NCBI GenBank assembly: GCA_051251915.1
Contig: JBPOGF010000020.1
Coordinates: forward strand, 34,165 to 98,164
Length of the DNA stretch: 64,000 bases
Direction: 5' to 3'
DNA from: Akkermansiaceae bacterium
Lineage (GTDB): Bacteria > Verrucomicrobiota > Verrucomicrobiia > Verrucomicrobiales > Akkermansiaceae
Shown here: one piece after another, positions 1 through 10,034 of the stretch
How positions within the stretch are numbered: the stretch's first letter is position 1
Layout of the letters: the number at the start of each line of letters is the position of its first letter
Program-made: the position numbers and the translations under genes
The notes under the pieces: generated by a model
Database searches by the model: none
Told to the model about the DNA's origin: nothing
Seen by the model: the letters and a program-made list of their open reading frames with translations, nothing else

Positions 1-330
1 GGCCTTTACATTTTTCGAGATGCGTTCTTCTTTATCTTTTTCAGCCTTCTCTATAAGCTTACGCTCCTTCTCAGCTTTTCTCCTATCAAGCTCCTTCTGT
101 ATCTTTAATTTTTGTTCCGCTGTAAGCTCGGGCGGAGCTTGCTTAGTCACTTGCTCTTCAACAACCACCTCTTTGAGGGGTAGTTTTTCCGACTCATAGT
201 TTCTTGGCGTCCTAGGAAATAGATGCAACAACAGCAGCCAAGAGACAAAGCCCACCACCGTGGCAGCACTCACAAAAACCAACACATTAACCAACGTCCC
301 ACCCTTGCGACCGTTACGGGAGGCTGGCAT
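1..330 (-). CDS. Partial membrane-anchored coiled-coil hypothetical protein (runs off the left edge)
   Basis: Manual translation from the ATG at 330 is open to position 1: MPASRNGRKGGTLVNVLVFVSAATVVGFVSWLLLLHLF (one TM segment), then E/K-rich QKELDRRKAEKERKLIEK. Not in the ORF track because it is truncated. Confidence 0.75.
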   Translation of the reverse strand, partial: MPASRNGRKGGTLVNVLVFVSAATVVGFVSWLLLLHLFPRTPRNYESEKLPLKEVVVEEQVTKQAPPELTAEQKLKIQKELDRRKAEKERKLIEKAEKDKEERISKNVKA

Positions 331-381
331 ATAACGCAGAAATGTAATAGGATTTTTCAAATCAAAATAGATGAAATCAAA

Positions 382-999
382 TCAACGAGGATCTTCAAGC
401 TCGCTAATAGCCTTCATCACTATATCAGCAATCGCTTGATAACCTTCTTTACCGCGATACTGCTTCAGCGTTTCTTTATCAAAGTGAATTGGATCACCCA
501 CCACCACTGAAATCTGCTTCATCTTCATTTTACCAGACCCCCTAGGAAGAGCCTCTCTAGCCCCAAAGATGCGCATCGGCTGAACGGTCGTTTGTGACTT
601 CGCAATGATCAACCCCACACCAGGAAGCGCCGGTAAGAGTTTACCAGTAAGCGTACGCTCACCTTCAGGAAACATCACTACCTTTTTGCCTTCCTTCAAT
701 GCCTTAATAATTTTTTTCAACCCCGTCATATCAGGATTATCCTGATCCACAGGAATAGCATCCCACCGAGTATAAAGCCATTTCCCAAGCCCTCGAAACA
801 AAGTCTTACGTGCTAAATAAGTCACATTCTCAGGATGCGAAATACCAATCAATGGTGGGTCTAAAAAGCTCTCGTGATTCGCAGCCATCATCACTCCACC
901 CTCTTTCACAAGCTTCTCCTCATTGACAACGTTCAAGTTGTAAAACGCTTTTCCCGCACTCCTAAAAAACGTGTAGCCTATCCAGTAAATTGTCTTCAT
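382..999 (-). CDS. plsC: 1-acyl-sn-glycerol-3-phosphate (lysophospholipid) acyltransferase
   Basis: NHESFLD (HX4D) and FPEGER motifs. Start moved to MKTIYW (999) to avoid overlap with cmk. Confidence 0.9.
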   Translation of the reverse strand: MKTIYWIGYTFFRSAGKAFYNLNVVNEEKLVKEGGVMMAANHESFLDPPLIGISHPENVTYLARKTLFRGLGKWLYTRWDAIPVDQDNPDMTGLKKIIKALKEGKKVVMFPEGERTLTGKLLPALPGVGLIIAKSQTTVQPMRIFGAREALPRGSGKMKMKQISVVVGDPIHFDKETLKQYRGKEGYQAIADIVMKAISELEDPR

Positions 1000-1009
1000 A
1001 GCTTCTTTA

Positions 1010-1693
1010 TTAACAGTTAACGTTACCCTTATCCAGCATACATTCAGGCGCTCCATTCTCTCTAAGAACCTCTATCGCAGCCGAAACAACTTCATCAATA
1101 CTCATTTCACTCGAATCAATAACCACCGCACCATCTGCAACCTTGAGCGGAGAAGTCTTGCGCTTGCTGTCCTCAGCATCGCGCTTCGCCACCGCATCAT
1201 CCAGCCCCTCAGCAGATCTTCTCGCCAACCGAACTTCCTCAGAAGCGTCAATGTAAATTTTAAACGGCGTATCAGGAAATACCACACTGCCAATGTCTCT
1301 TCCCTCCATCACAACACTACCAAGTTGTAAATAATCACGCTGCTTCGCCACCAAAAGCTCTCTAACCTCAGGAATAGCAGCCACACGAGAAACTCGTTGG
1401 TTCACAGCATCTTGCCTCAGCTCATCACCAGGATAAAAACCATCCACCAAAATCGTTGAAACTCCATCTTCCACACCACAGCTAAAGTCCACTTTTGACA
1501 GCATCTCTGTCACCGCTACAGAATCATCTGGATCCACACCATCGCGTAATGTTGCCCATGCCACTGCACGATACATCGCACCAGTATTCACCATGATCAG
1601 CCCCATCTTCTTCGCTAATGTCTTCGCAACCGTACTCTTTCCAGAGGCCGCTGGCCCATCGATTGCGACTGCTATATTCTTATCCCCGCTCAT
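1010..1693 (-). CDS. cmk: Cytidylate kinase
   Basis: AIDGPAASGKST P-loop, TGAMYRA and VMEGRDIGSVVFP motifs. Start at MSGDK (1693) rather than 1801, which would overlap aroA. Confidence 0.95.
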   Translation of the reverse strand: MSGDKNIAVAIDGPAASGKSTVAKTLAKKMGLIMVNTGAMYRAVAWATLRDGVDPDDSVAVTEMLSKVDFSCGVEDGVSTILVDGFYPGDELRQDAVNQRVSRVAAIPEVRELLVAKQRDYLQLGSVVMEGRDIGSVVFPDTPFKIYIDASEEVRLARRSAEGLDDAVAKRDAEDSKRKTSPLKVADGAVVIDSSEMSIDEVVSAAIEVLRENGAPECMLDKGNVNC

Positions 1694-1730
1694 GCGCAGA
1701 CCGTAGCTGATTCTTAAGAAATGAAAAGTA

Positions 1731-3020
1731 TTATCCTGTGCAAATACTAGCGAACTTCTCGAAATAATCAGGAAACGTCTTCGCCGTGCAACCAGGGTCA
1801 TTAATAATCACAGCCGTATCACTCAGAGCCACTAGTGAAAAACACATCGCAATCCTGTGGTCATCATAAGTATCAATTTCTGCCAATTTCAACTCAGCCA
1901 ACGGAATAGGCGTGATCTCAATAAAATCTTCTCCCTCCACTACCTCCACGCCCAACTTACGCAACTCCGTAGCCATCGCATAAAGTCGGTCAGTCTCCTT
2001 CACCCGCCAGTTATAAATATTCCTGATCGCCGTCTTCCCTTCAGCAAAAAGCGCCGCCGTAGCGATAGTCATCGCAGCATCCGGAATGTGATTCATATCC
2101 TGATCCACCCCGACCAATTTGCCAGACTTCACAGAAATATACTCATCTCCCCACTCGACCTCAGCACCCATATCTGCCAGAACATTCGCAAACTGAACAT
2201 CACCCTGGACGCTAGATTTGCCTATCCCAGTAACCTTCACCTCACCACCCTTAATAGCTGCCGCCGCCATGAAGTAAGATGCGGAAGACGCATCCCCCTC
2301 CACCATGAACACGCCCGGTGACTGATACAACTGCCCAGCCTTCACCCTAAACACAGTGAAATCATCATGCTCCACCTGAACACCAAATTTCGCCATGATA
2401 TCCAACGTAATCAAAATGTATGGCTTAGAAACCAACTCACCAACAATCGTAATCTCACTATCCTCCTGCGCCATCGGAGCCGCCATCAATAAGGCAGTCA
2501 GAAACTGGCTAGAAATAGAACCATCTATATTAATCTTCCCCCCCTTCATCCCATTCGCTGAAATCTTCAATGGCGGATAACCTTCATTCTTCAAACACTC
2601 CACACCACACCCCGCTTCACGCAATGCATCAATCAGTGCATCAATAGGCCGCTCCTCCATACGAGGCTCACCAGTCAAAGTATACTCACCCTTACCAAGA
2701 CAAAGCGCCGCACATAAAGGACGCATCGCAGTCCCCGCATTCCCCAAGAAAAGCTCCAAGGCCTCCGCATTCTCAAACGTACCACCGTTACCAGTAACAG
2801 AGCACACAGTCTTATCCTCAGACAGATCATACTTCACACCTATCTTAGTCAGCGCATTCAGCATATGCCGAATGTCATCACTATCTAACAGATTGCGAAT
2901 TTCAGTCACCCCTTCAGCCAATGCAGCCAACAAAAGCGCCCTATTCGATAAACTCTTTGACCCCGGCAAATTGATTACTCCATCGACCTTAGCGATCGGT
3001 TCTAGTCTTAATGATTCCAT
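1731..3020 (-). CDS. aroA: 3-phosphoshikimate 1-carboxyvinyltransferase (EPSP synthase, class I)
   Basis: [40 protein letters not shown] and KTFPDYF motifs. Confidence 0.98.
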   Translation of the reverse strand: MESLRLEPIAKVDGVINLPGSKSLSNRALLLAALAEGVTEIRNLLDSDDIRHMLNALTKIGVKYDLSEDKTVCSVTGNGGTFENAEALELFLGNAGTAMRPLCAALCLGKGEYTLTGEPRMEERPIDALIDALREAGCGVECLKNEGYPPLKISANGMKGGKINIDGSISSQFLTALLMAAPMAQEDSEITIVGELVSKPYILITLDIMAKFGVQVEHDDFTVFRVKAGQLYQSPGVFMVEGDASSASYFMAAAAIKGGEVKVTGIGKSSVQGDVQFANVLADMGAEVEWGDEYISVKSGKLVGVDQDMNHIPDAAMTIATAALFAEGKTAIRNIYNWRVKETDRLYAMATELRKLGVEVVEGEDFIEITPIPLAELKLAEIDTYDDHRIAMCFSLVALSDTAVIINDPGCTAKTFPDYFEKFASICTG

Positions 3021-3052
3021 GATAAATTCTTAAATTCTAAATGCTTAATTTT

Positions 3053-3898
3053 CTATATTAAATCTCTGCGTCGCTTGGCCTCGCTTAGATACTCCAGAAG
3101 CTCCCCCGCATTATTCGTCCTCAGCATTTCCTGAAACTTAGCCAGCTCAGCTATGCTCTCAGTCAGAGACCGCTGAAGCGCATCTCTATTTTCTAACATA
3201 ATCTCAGTCCACAACTCCGGATCACCCGCAGCCACACGAGTCGTATCTCGCAACCCACCACCAGCCAACTCAGCAATATCGTCAAATGACAAGCCAACCA
3301 TCGCCACCATACTCGCCATCGCATGCGGAAAATGACTGATCCTAGCCACCGCATAATCATGATCCTCAGGGGTAAGTTTTCGCACCCTACACCCAAGCGA
3401 CTGCCAAAAATGTTCTAACAACTCCACATCAGCCACCTGAGCATACATATCACCACTCGTCAAAATACAAGCAGCACCATTTAGCAATTCACCATAAGCA
3501 GCAGAAAACCCCTTCTTCTCAGACCCCGCCATCGGATGACTCCCCACATACCTAATACTAGTCCCCACCAGCAACGGCTCTATCTGCTCATGCGTAATCC
3601 GCTTCACACTCCCCACATCAGTGACCAAAAATCCTTCACCCCCACGCACCTCTAATAACTCTCTAACAAGCTGAGGCATCGTCCCCACCGGAGTGGCTAA
3701 AATCACAATATCTGCACCAGCCACTACCTCCGCAAAGTTTGAAGAAGCAAGCTCTATCCCCATTTTCCTAGCCTCAGCCGCAGTCTCTGACTTCCTTGCC
3801 CATAGCGCCACCTCCACATCAGGGAAGTTATCCCTAGTAGAAATTGCCACCGAGCCACCTAACAGCCCCGCCCCTAATATTGCCACTCGCTTGATCAT
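3053..3898 (-). CDS. tyrA: Prephenate/arogenate dehydrogenase
   Basis: GAGLLGGS Rossmann motif, DVGSVK, HPMAGSE, SHFPH, DTTRVA. Confidence 0.93.
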   Translation of the reverse strand: MIKRVAILGAGLLGGSVAISTRDNFPDVEVALWARKSETAAEARKMGIELASSNFAEVVAGADIVILATPVGTMPQLVRELLEVRGGEGFLVTDVGSVKRITHEQIEPLLVGTSIRYVGSHPMAGSEKKGFSAAYGELLNGAACILTSGDMYAQVADVELLEHFWQSLGCRVRKLTPEDHDYAVARISHFPHAMASMVAMVGLSFDDIAELAGGGLRDTTRVAAGDPELWTEIMLENRDALQRSLTESIAELAKFQEMLRTNNAGELLEYLSEAKRRRDLI

Positions 3899-4015
3899 TC
3901 GGCCAGAAAACTAATACACCGAGGCCTGACAAGCAAGACTCGGTGTAGATAAAATCTAGTATACTGATTCGGTTACATCCATAAGTGAATTTTGCCTCCT
4001 CATATACTTATGCGC

Positions 4016-4522
4016 TTAAGGCACTTTAAAAATGTGTGCTGGATTAGAATCATGCGGGTCACGCACCTTTGTCCCACTCGGTATCCCTCTCACATCCACT
4101 TGATTGTGAGTATACGGATTATAGACAAACCCTTGCTTCCCTGGAACAGGAGCTGCAAATTTCACTACTGCTGGCTTAACTACTGGTGGTTTAGCCACCT
4201 CAGGAGTTATAGAACCAGTAGCATTGCTAGCTACTTGATCTCTATATTCAGCAGCCTCTCTTTTCTCAGCATTCAACCTATTCTTCTCTTCTCTCTCAAG
4301 TCGTTCTTTACTACGCTGAAGCGCCGTCTTCTTTGAGTTAGCTGCTTCAGCTTTCTTCTTAGCGGCTGCCTCTAGCTCAGCAGGAGTTTTTAGCCCAGAT
4401 GGTGTAGGCTGTATTGTCCCTGGGTTCATAGGGGTCACTGGGTAGCAAGATACCAAGCCACTCAGACACGCTACTGATAATAGGGTGAATTTAAAATTCT
4501 GTTTTAATTCTGGAAGTTTCAT
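4016..4522 (-). CDS. Putative lipoprotein with a small C-terminal beta domain
   Basis: Lipobox-like GLVSC, an A/K/E-rich helix and C-terminal VPGKQGFVYNPY...VDVRGIPSGTKVRDP...IFKVP. Confidence 0.7.
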   Translation of the reverse strand: MKLPELKQNFKFTLLSVACLSGLVSCYPVTPMNPGTIQPTPSGLKTPAELEAAAKKKAEAANSKKTALQRSKERLEREEKNRLNAEKREAAEYRDQVASNATGSITPEVAKPPVVKPAVVKFAAPVPGKQGFVYNPYTHNQVDVRGIPSGTKVRDPHDSNPAHIFKVP

Positions 4523-4698
4523 TTTTGTATTAGATAAAATTTAGATCCGCAGCTCGTTCAGAGCTTATAATCTGTTCTGTTGTTGTATTATTCCTGAGAC
4601 CAACAACGTTGTATTCAATACGACAATTGTCAAGCCCCTCTGTCTTCTTTCTTGAGAATAAATTGCTGGTTTTCAGCAAACTTACTCACCTTAGTTTT

Positions 4699-4731
4699 AA
4701 AAAGCGGGACCAGCTTACCCAATCCCGCTTT
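4699..4731 (-). terminator. Intrinsic terminator
   Basis: AAAGCGGGA/TCCCGCTTT stem with a U-tract on the minus strand, just after the 4750 stop. Confidence 0.7.
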
Positions 4732-4749
4732 AATAATTATTTTCTAGAC

Positions 4750-5967
4750 CTATGGTTGGCTACGCTTGTCTAACCAGCGTGAAACATATGTATGTCCACC
4801 AAGACCTATCGCAATAGCGCCGCCTATTCCTAAAGCAACACCAGCAGCACAGATCGCTACAGTGTATGGAAGTGATGCTAGACCATTTGCAATCCCAGTG
4901 CGGTTTATCGCAACCACTGAAGTGAAGATGATGATCGCATATTTCGAAATTTTAGCGAGGAGTGGATTCCCACCCACTAGGTTATCATAAACAAAACGTG
5001 AAGCAATAATACCAGCAGCTAGGATGATAAGCGCTAGAAGCACATTAAAGTATCCTGTGTAAAGGCCTTCAGACGCTCTAGAAAGAATATCGATATTAAG
5101 TTCTCTAATTGCTGCAGTGAGTGAAAGAACCACCACTGAGATCATCACCACTGTACCAGCGACAGATGAGATAGAGCGTGCACCAGTAGTTGGAACACTC
5201 AATCCCATTTTAGCTGGGAATGTGTTAACATTAGTACCTTCAAGAAGATTGCTTACAAGACGCTTCGCAATGTTACCAATAAGGCAACCAAGGAAGATGA
5301 TCACACCAGCGGCCAAGATTCTTGGCACAGCATCAGTGATAGATGTCACAATCCCTTTGATAGGAGATGAAATCGCATCAATCTTTAGGAGATCCAGCAC
5401 AGCAGGAGCACATAAAAGAAGAATGAACGCGTAAACAGCAGTAACTAGTGAGTTACTCACTGGAGTAGTTCCAGCCACTGATCCAAGCCTTTCGTCCAAC
5501 TTAGTAGCTACGAGCACATCAGCTAGAAGCTTCTTAACTAGTCCTGCAATGAGAACGATCACGTAAGCAAGTACACCTGCTACTACGAGGTTAGGAATGA
5601 AGTTAGTTACCTTAGTAAGCATGTCGTTGAGTGGTTGACTCACCACATCAAGCTTAGCTACGCCAAGTGCAAAAATGAGGATGAAAAGCATCAAAAGTGC
5701 TTTTACAAACCCTACGATTCCACCCGTGACATTTGTGTCATGTCCAAATCTCGCAGCTATCTTGTCATCAATACTGGTCTTAGAGAGAGACTTCTCCACT
5801 AATTTGCCAACACCTTTGACGATAAACTTACCGACCCATAGGATCAAAATTAGTAGCAAAATATCTCCAAATCTTCCCAGACTTGAAAACAGATCTTGAA
5901 CTGTATTGATCCAGTCTTGCATTGTATCTCTGAATGTATTCCCGAGAAACATCATTGTATTATTCAT
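4750..5967 (-). CDS. Polytopic membrane protein with conserved TM-helix repeats (CmpX/MscS TM1-like)
   Basis: About 10 hydrophobic segments. Repeated FIPNLVVAG/AVPRILAAG units and a C-terminal ALGIGGAIAIGLGG. Confidence 0.75.
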   Translation of the reverse strand: MNNTMMFLGNTFRDTMQDWINTVQDLFSSLGRFGDILLLILILWVGKFIVKGVGKLVEKSLSKTSIDDKIAARFGHDTNVTGGIVGFVKALLMLFILIFALGVAKLDVVSQPLNDMLTKVTNFIPNLVVAGVLAYVIVLIAGLVKKLLADVLVATKLDERLGSVAGTTPVSNSLVTAVYAFILLLCAPAVLDLLKIDAISSPIKGIVTSITDAVPRILAAGVIIFLGCLIGNIAKRLVSNLLEGTNVNTFPAKMGLSVPTTGARSISSVAGTVVMISVVVLSLTAAIRELNIDILSRASEGLYTGYFNVLLALIILAAGIIASRFVYDNLVGGNPLLAKISKYAIIIFTSVVAINRTGIANGLASLPYTVAICAAGVALGIGGAIAIGLGGHTYVSRWLDKRSQP

Positions 5968-6129
5968 ATTTTTATTTTCCGTTGTTTTTTATGATTATAA
6001 ACTCAATGCAAAGAATAAGTTGGTATCAACTGCTTCCTTCTTTACTTTTGAGTTCACAGCTTTAGATACTCAGCAAACTAAAAATTGTCACACTTATTAT
6101 AGGAATATTTCCGACACACCCAATATCTC

Positions 6130-7164
6130 ATGTCACTCAAAGACTTACATAGATTAACCACTCAGTTTATTAGCTCTCCAGATGGCCAATTCACCGACTC
6201 TCCCCCCCTTGCTCTAACCCAACTTTTTCTCGATATTTTCCATCGGCAACACCAAGAAAACACAGCTTACAGAAAATTCTGTGATTTATCCATAACACCC
6301 CCCATCCAGTCCATCAATAACATCCCTGCTCTCCCCACAGACGCCTTCAAACTCACCCCAAATCCCACCTCCCTAACACCAGAAGAAATCACCACCACCT
6401 TCCTTACATCCGGCACCACCACCGAAACCAAAGGCAGCCACCACTTCTCCACCACCCACACCTACGAGACATCCATACTCCAAGGCTGGAAATACTGCCA
6501 ACTTCCCAAACTCCATCCCAATACCTTCATCCTCACGCCCACCACCGCTGAAGCCCCACACTCATCCCTCAGCCACATGATGGAAACCCTCAAGCAACAC
6601 CTCTCCCCGTCAGCAACCTTCATTCTCAGCAACGGCACCCTAGACCACCAACACATCATCGACTGCGCCAACTCAGGCACCCCAGTCACCCTCCTAGGCA
6701 CAGCCCTAGCCTTCCTCCAGCTCTTCGAAACCCTAGAATCACTCCCCACCATCCAGCTCCCCCCCGGCAGCTGGGCACTAGAAACAGGCGGCTACAAAGG
6801 CTCCAAAAAGTCACTCACCAAAGAAGAACTCTACCAGAAATTCCGCACCCACCTCAACATCCCCCAAGACCACATCTGGAATGAATACTCGATGACCGAG
6901 CTCAGCAGCCAGTTCTATACCTCCGGAATAGGCAACCCACATATCGCCCCACCCTGGACCCAAATCAAAGTCATCAACCCAGAAACCAATCTCCCCGTAA
7001 AATCCGGCGAAATCGGTTATCTAGTCATCTACGACCTCGCAAATATCGACTCAGTCCTAGCCATCCGCACCCAAGACCTAGCCATTTTCCACGACTCTCA
7101 AAGCTTCACCCTCATCGGCAGAGACCCCTCAGCCCTTCCTCGTGGCTGTTCTCGTTCTCTATAA
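6130..7164 (+). CDS. LuxE-like acyl-protein synthetase (adenylate-forming)
   Basis: LPTDAFK, FLTSGTT, ETGGYKG, NEYSMTELSSQFY, DLAN, TQD and GR...RGCS C-terminus. Confidence 0.8.
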   Translation: MSLKDLHRLTTQFISSPDGQFTDSPPLALTQLFLDIFHRQHQENTAYRKFCDLSITPPIQSINNIPALPTDAFKLTPNPTSLTPEEITTTFLTSGTTTETKGSHHFSTTHTYETSILQGWKYCQLPKLHPNTFILTPTTAEAPHSSLSHMMETLKQHLSPSATFILSNGTLDHQHIIDCANSGTPVTLLGTALAFLQLFETLESLPTIQLPPGSWALETGGYKGSKKSLTKEELYQKFRTHLNIPQDHIWNEYSMTELSSQFYTSGIGNPHIAPPWTQIKVINPETNLPVKSGEIGYLVIYDLANIDSVLAIRTQDLAIFHDSQSFTLIGRDPSALPRGCSRSL

Positions 7165-7195
7165 GCCCCCCTTATTGAGACTACCAAACAACAAA

Positions 7196-7212
7196 CTTAG
7201 AATTATTCTAAA
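7196..7212. promoter_or_regulatory. Perfect 7-1-7 palindrome TTAGAAT-T-ATTCTAA; Fur-family (ICE/Per-like) operator
   Basis: The palindrome spans 7197-7211. CTTAGAA-TTA-TTCTAAA differs at one base from the rhizobial ICE consensus TTTAGAA-N3-TTCTAAA. It lies directly upstream of the Fur-family gene and suf. Confidence 0.7.
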
Positions 7213-7218
7213 TAAGAC

Positions 7219-7246
7219 TTGATTCGAGTCGAGGCATGACTACATT
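7219..7246 (+). promoter_or_regulatory. Putative sigma70-type promoter of the regulator-suf operon
   Basis: TTGATT (7219-24), 16-bp spacer, TACATT (7241-46), 9 nt before the ATG. Confidence 0.45.
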
Positions 7247-7255
7247 GCCGCCCAG

Positions 7256-7657
7256 ATGAGAATCCACGACCACCAACTAGAAGTCCCCGGACTGCGCATG
7301 ACAAAACAGCGCAAGGAGGTCTACCGTGCCCTCATGGAAAACCAAGACCACCCCTCCGCCAGCGAACTCTTTGAGCAAATGAAAGACAACGAGTCACCCA
7401 TGTCACTCGCCACCGTCTACAACTGCTTAGAAGCACTCGTCGAGCACGGCGCGGTCAAACAAGTCAACATCGACCGCGAACCCACAAGATACTGCCAGAA
7501 CTGTATCCCACACGGTCACTTCCATGACCAAGCCACCGGCACCATCCACGACATCACTTTCAAACCAGGAGCAAAACTCACTGACCTCCTAGACCTCCCA
7601 GAAGGAACAGAAATATCAAACCTAGAAATCACTCTAAAAGGAACCATCCCATCATAA
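7256..7657 (+). CDS. Fur-family transcriptional regulator, Irr/PerR-like
   Basis: [24 protein letters not shown] helix and HGHF metal site. No CxxC pairs; Irr-like LPEGTEI C-terminus. Confidence 0.9.
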   Translation: MRIHDHQLEVPGLRMTKQRKEVYRALMENQDHPSASELFEQMKDNESPMSLATVYNCLEALVEHGAVKQVNIDREPTRYCQNCIPHGHFHDQATGTIHDITFKPGAKLTDLLDLPEGTEISNLEITLKGTIPS

Positions 7658-7715
7658 ACAAACTGGCGAAGCCAACAATCAATCTCAAATACTAAATATA
7701 AAATATCAAATCACC

Positions 7716-8462
7716 ATGTCTATCATCATCAAAGACCTTCACGCAAAAATCGGCGACACTGAAATCCTCAAAGGCGTCAACCTAGAAATCCCTAAAGGCG
7801 AAGTCCACGCCATCATGGGAATCAACGGATCAGGTAAATCAACACTCTCCAAAGTAATCGCCGGCCACGATGACTACGAAGTCACCAGCGGAAGCATCGA
7901 AATGGACGGACAAGACATCCTCGAACTAGACGTAGACGAACGCTCACGTGAAGGCATCTTCCTCGCATTCCAATACCCAATGGAAATCCCAGGAGTATCC
8001 AATGCTAACTTCATCCGCGCCGCACTCAACGCCCGCCTCCCAGAAGGAGAAGAACTCGACGCAGTAGCATACTACAAAAACCTCTACTCCAAAATGGATG
8101 GCCTAGAAATGGACCGCAAATTCACCGCCCGTGCCGTAAACGAAGGCTTCTCAGGCGGAGAGAAAAAGCGTAACGAAATCCTCCAAATGGCAATGCTAGA
8201 GCCAAGCTACTGCATTCTAGATGAAACAGACTCAGGCCTCGATATCGACGCCCTCAAAATCGTCTCAAAAGGAGTAAACTCACTCCGCACAGAAGACCGC
8301 GGCTTCCTCATCATCACCCATTACCAACGTCTCCTCAACTACATCAAACCAGATGTAGTCCACGTCATGTTCGACGGCCAAATCATCAAATCAGGTGGCC
8401 CAGAACTAGCACTAGAACTAGAAGAAAAAGGCTACGACCACCTCAAGCCAGTCCCTGCGTAA
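7716..8462 (+). CDS. sufC: Fe-S cluster assembly ATPase SufC
   Basis: [41 protein letters not shown]. Confidence 0.98.
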   Translation: MSIIIKDLHAKIGDTEILKGVNLEIPKGEVHAIMGINGSGKSTLSKVIAGHDDYEVTSGSIEMDGQDILELDVDERSREGIFLAFQYPMEIPGVSNANFIRAALNARLPEGEELDAVAYYKNLYSKMDGLEMDRKFTARAVNEGFSGGEKKRNEILQMAMLEPSYCILDETDSGLDIDALKIVSKGVNSLRTEDRGFLIITHYQRLLNYIKPDVVHVMFDGQIIKSGGPELALELEEKGYDHLKPVPA

Positions 8463-8474
8463 CCCAACCGTGCC

Positions 8475-8491
8475 TCCGACCTCTGGTCGGA
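8475..8491. repeat. Intercistronic hairpin, copy 1 (sufC-sufB)
   Basis: TCCGACC-TCT-GGTCGGA, preceded by TAACCCAAnnGTG. Confidence 0.55.
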
Positions 8492-8518
8492 AATCATCAC
8501 ACAACCACCCATACCACC

Positions 8519-9976
8519 ATGGAAATCGACAATACTTTAACAACTTCTGCACCACAGGAAATAGATCAAGAAACCGCAGACGCCATCGCCATTGATGAGC
8601 GTTCTAAAGGCGACTTCTCATACCCAGAAGATCACAAATACGATGCTGGCGTAGGTCTCAATGAAGACACCATCCGCTACATCTCCAAGGTCAAAAAAGA
8701 AAAAGACTGGATCCTAGAATTCCGCCTCAAAGCACTCGAAGTCTTCTTCGCAAAAGCAATGCCCACCAACTGGGCAACAGAAGACCTCAACAACATCGAA
8801 TTCGACAAAATCCGCTACTACCTCGCTAACGGCCAACGCCCAACACGAAGCTGGGATGAAGTCCCAGACGACATCAAAGAAACCTTCGAGCGCCTCGGCA
8901 TCCCACAGCAAGAACGCGCATTCCTCGCTGGTGTAGAAGCCCAGTTCGACTCAGAAGCAGCCTACTCAAACGTCAAAGAAGACCTCGAAAAAGAAGGCGT
9001 CATCTTCGTAAACTCCACAGAAGGACTCCGCGAACACGAAGAAATCTTCCGCCCATACTTCGGCAAAGTCATCCCAACTGGTGACAACAAATTCTCAGCA
9101 CTCAACTCAGCAGTATTCTCCGGTGGCTCATTCATCTACATCCCGAAAGGCGTGAAAGTGAAACAACCACTCCAAGCATACTTCCGCATCAACTCCGAAA
9201 ACTTCGGCCAGTTCGAGCGCACACTCATCATCGCCGATGAAGGATCAGAAGTCATGTACATGGAAGGATGCACCGCACCCAAATTTGAAACCGCCACACT
9301 CCACTCAGCAGTAGTAGAACTCGTAGCACTCAAAGGAGCCAAGATCCAATACGTCACCGTCCAGAACTGGTCAGCTAACGTATTCAACCTCGTCACCAAA
9401 CGCGGCCTAGCACACGAAGACGCAGAAATCCGCTGGATCGATTGCAACATCGGCTCACGTCTCACCATGAAATACCCTGGCGTAGTCATGAAAGGCGAGC
9501 GCGCACGCGGAGAAGTCATCTCCATCGCACTCGCAAACGATGGACAACACCAAGACACCGGTGCCAAAATGATCCACGCAGCAAACAACACCACATCAAA
9601 CGTTGTTTCAAAATCCATCTCAGTAGGCAAAGGCATCTCCACATACCGCGGACAAGTCCACATCCCTAAGCACCTCAAAGGCTGCAAGAACAACACCGAG
9701 TGTGACGCACTACTCATCAACTCCAACTCACAAACTGACACCTACCCCGCCATCACAGTGCGTGGCAACCAACACGTCACCCAGCACGAGGCATCAGTAT
9801 CACAAGTATCACAAGAAATGCTCTTCTACATGCAGCAGCGCGGACTCTCCGAGACACAAGCCATGTCCCTAGCAGTCAACGGCTTCGTCAACGACCTAGT
9901 CTCCGAGTTCCCAATGGAATACTCCGTAGAACTCAAACGCCTCATCGACCTAGAAATGGAAGGATCAGTCGGTTAA
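8519..9976 (+). CDS. sufB: Fe-S cluster assembly protein SufB
   Basis: [47 protein letters not shown] and LEMEGSVG end. Confidence 0.98.
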   Translation: MEIDNTLTTSAPQEIDQETADAIAIDERSKGDFSYPEDHKYDAGVGLNEDTIRYISKVKKEKDWILEFRLKALEVFFAKAMPTNWATEDLNNIEFDKIRYYLANGQRPTRSWDEVPDDIKETFERLGIPQQERAFLAGVEAQFDSEAAYSNVKEDLEKEGVIFVNSTEGLREHEEIFRPYFGKVIPTGDNKFSALNSAVFSGGSFIYIPKGVKVKQPLQAYFRINSENFGQFERTLIIADEGSEVMYMEGCTAPKFETATLHSAVVELVALKGAKIQYVTVQNWSANVFNLVTKRGLAHEDAEIRWIDCNIGSRLTMKYPGVVMKGERARGEVISIALANDGQHQDTGAKMIHAANNTTSNVVSKSISVGKGISTYRGQVHIPKHLKGCKNNTECDALLINSNSQTDTYPAITVRGNQHVTQHEASVSQVSQEMLFYMQQRGLSETQAMSLAVNGFVNDLVSEFPMEYSVELKRLIDLEMEGSVG

Positions 9977-9988
9977 CCCAAAAGTGAC

Positions 9989-10006
9989 ATCGGCCTCCGG
10001 GTCGAT
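9989..10006. repeat. Intercistronic hairpin, copy 2 (sufB-sufD)
   Basis: ATCGGCC-TCCG-GGTCGAT, preceded by TAACCCAAnnGTG; same layout as the 8475 copy. Confidence 0.5.
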
Positions 10007-10034
10007 AATTACAAAACAAATAATTTCACAACAA

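Noticed and set aside
223..510. 95-aa plus-strand ORF
   Set aside because: It lies antisense to plsC and to the partial gene at 1-330.
1694..1801. N-terminal extension of cmk overlapping aroA (possible aroA-cmk fusion)
   Set aside because: aroA has a normal C-terminus and stop, and cmk homology starts at the ATG at 1693.
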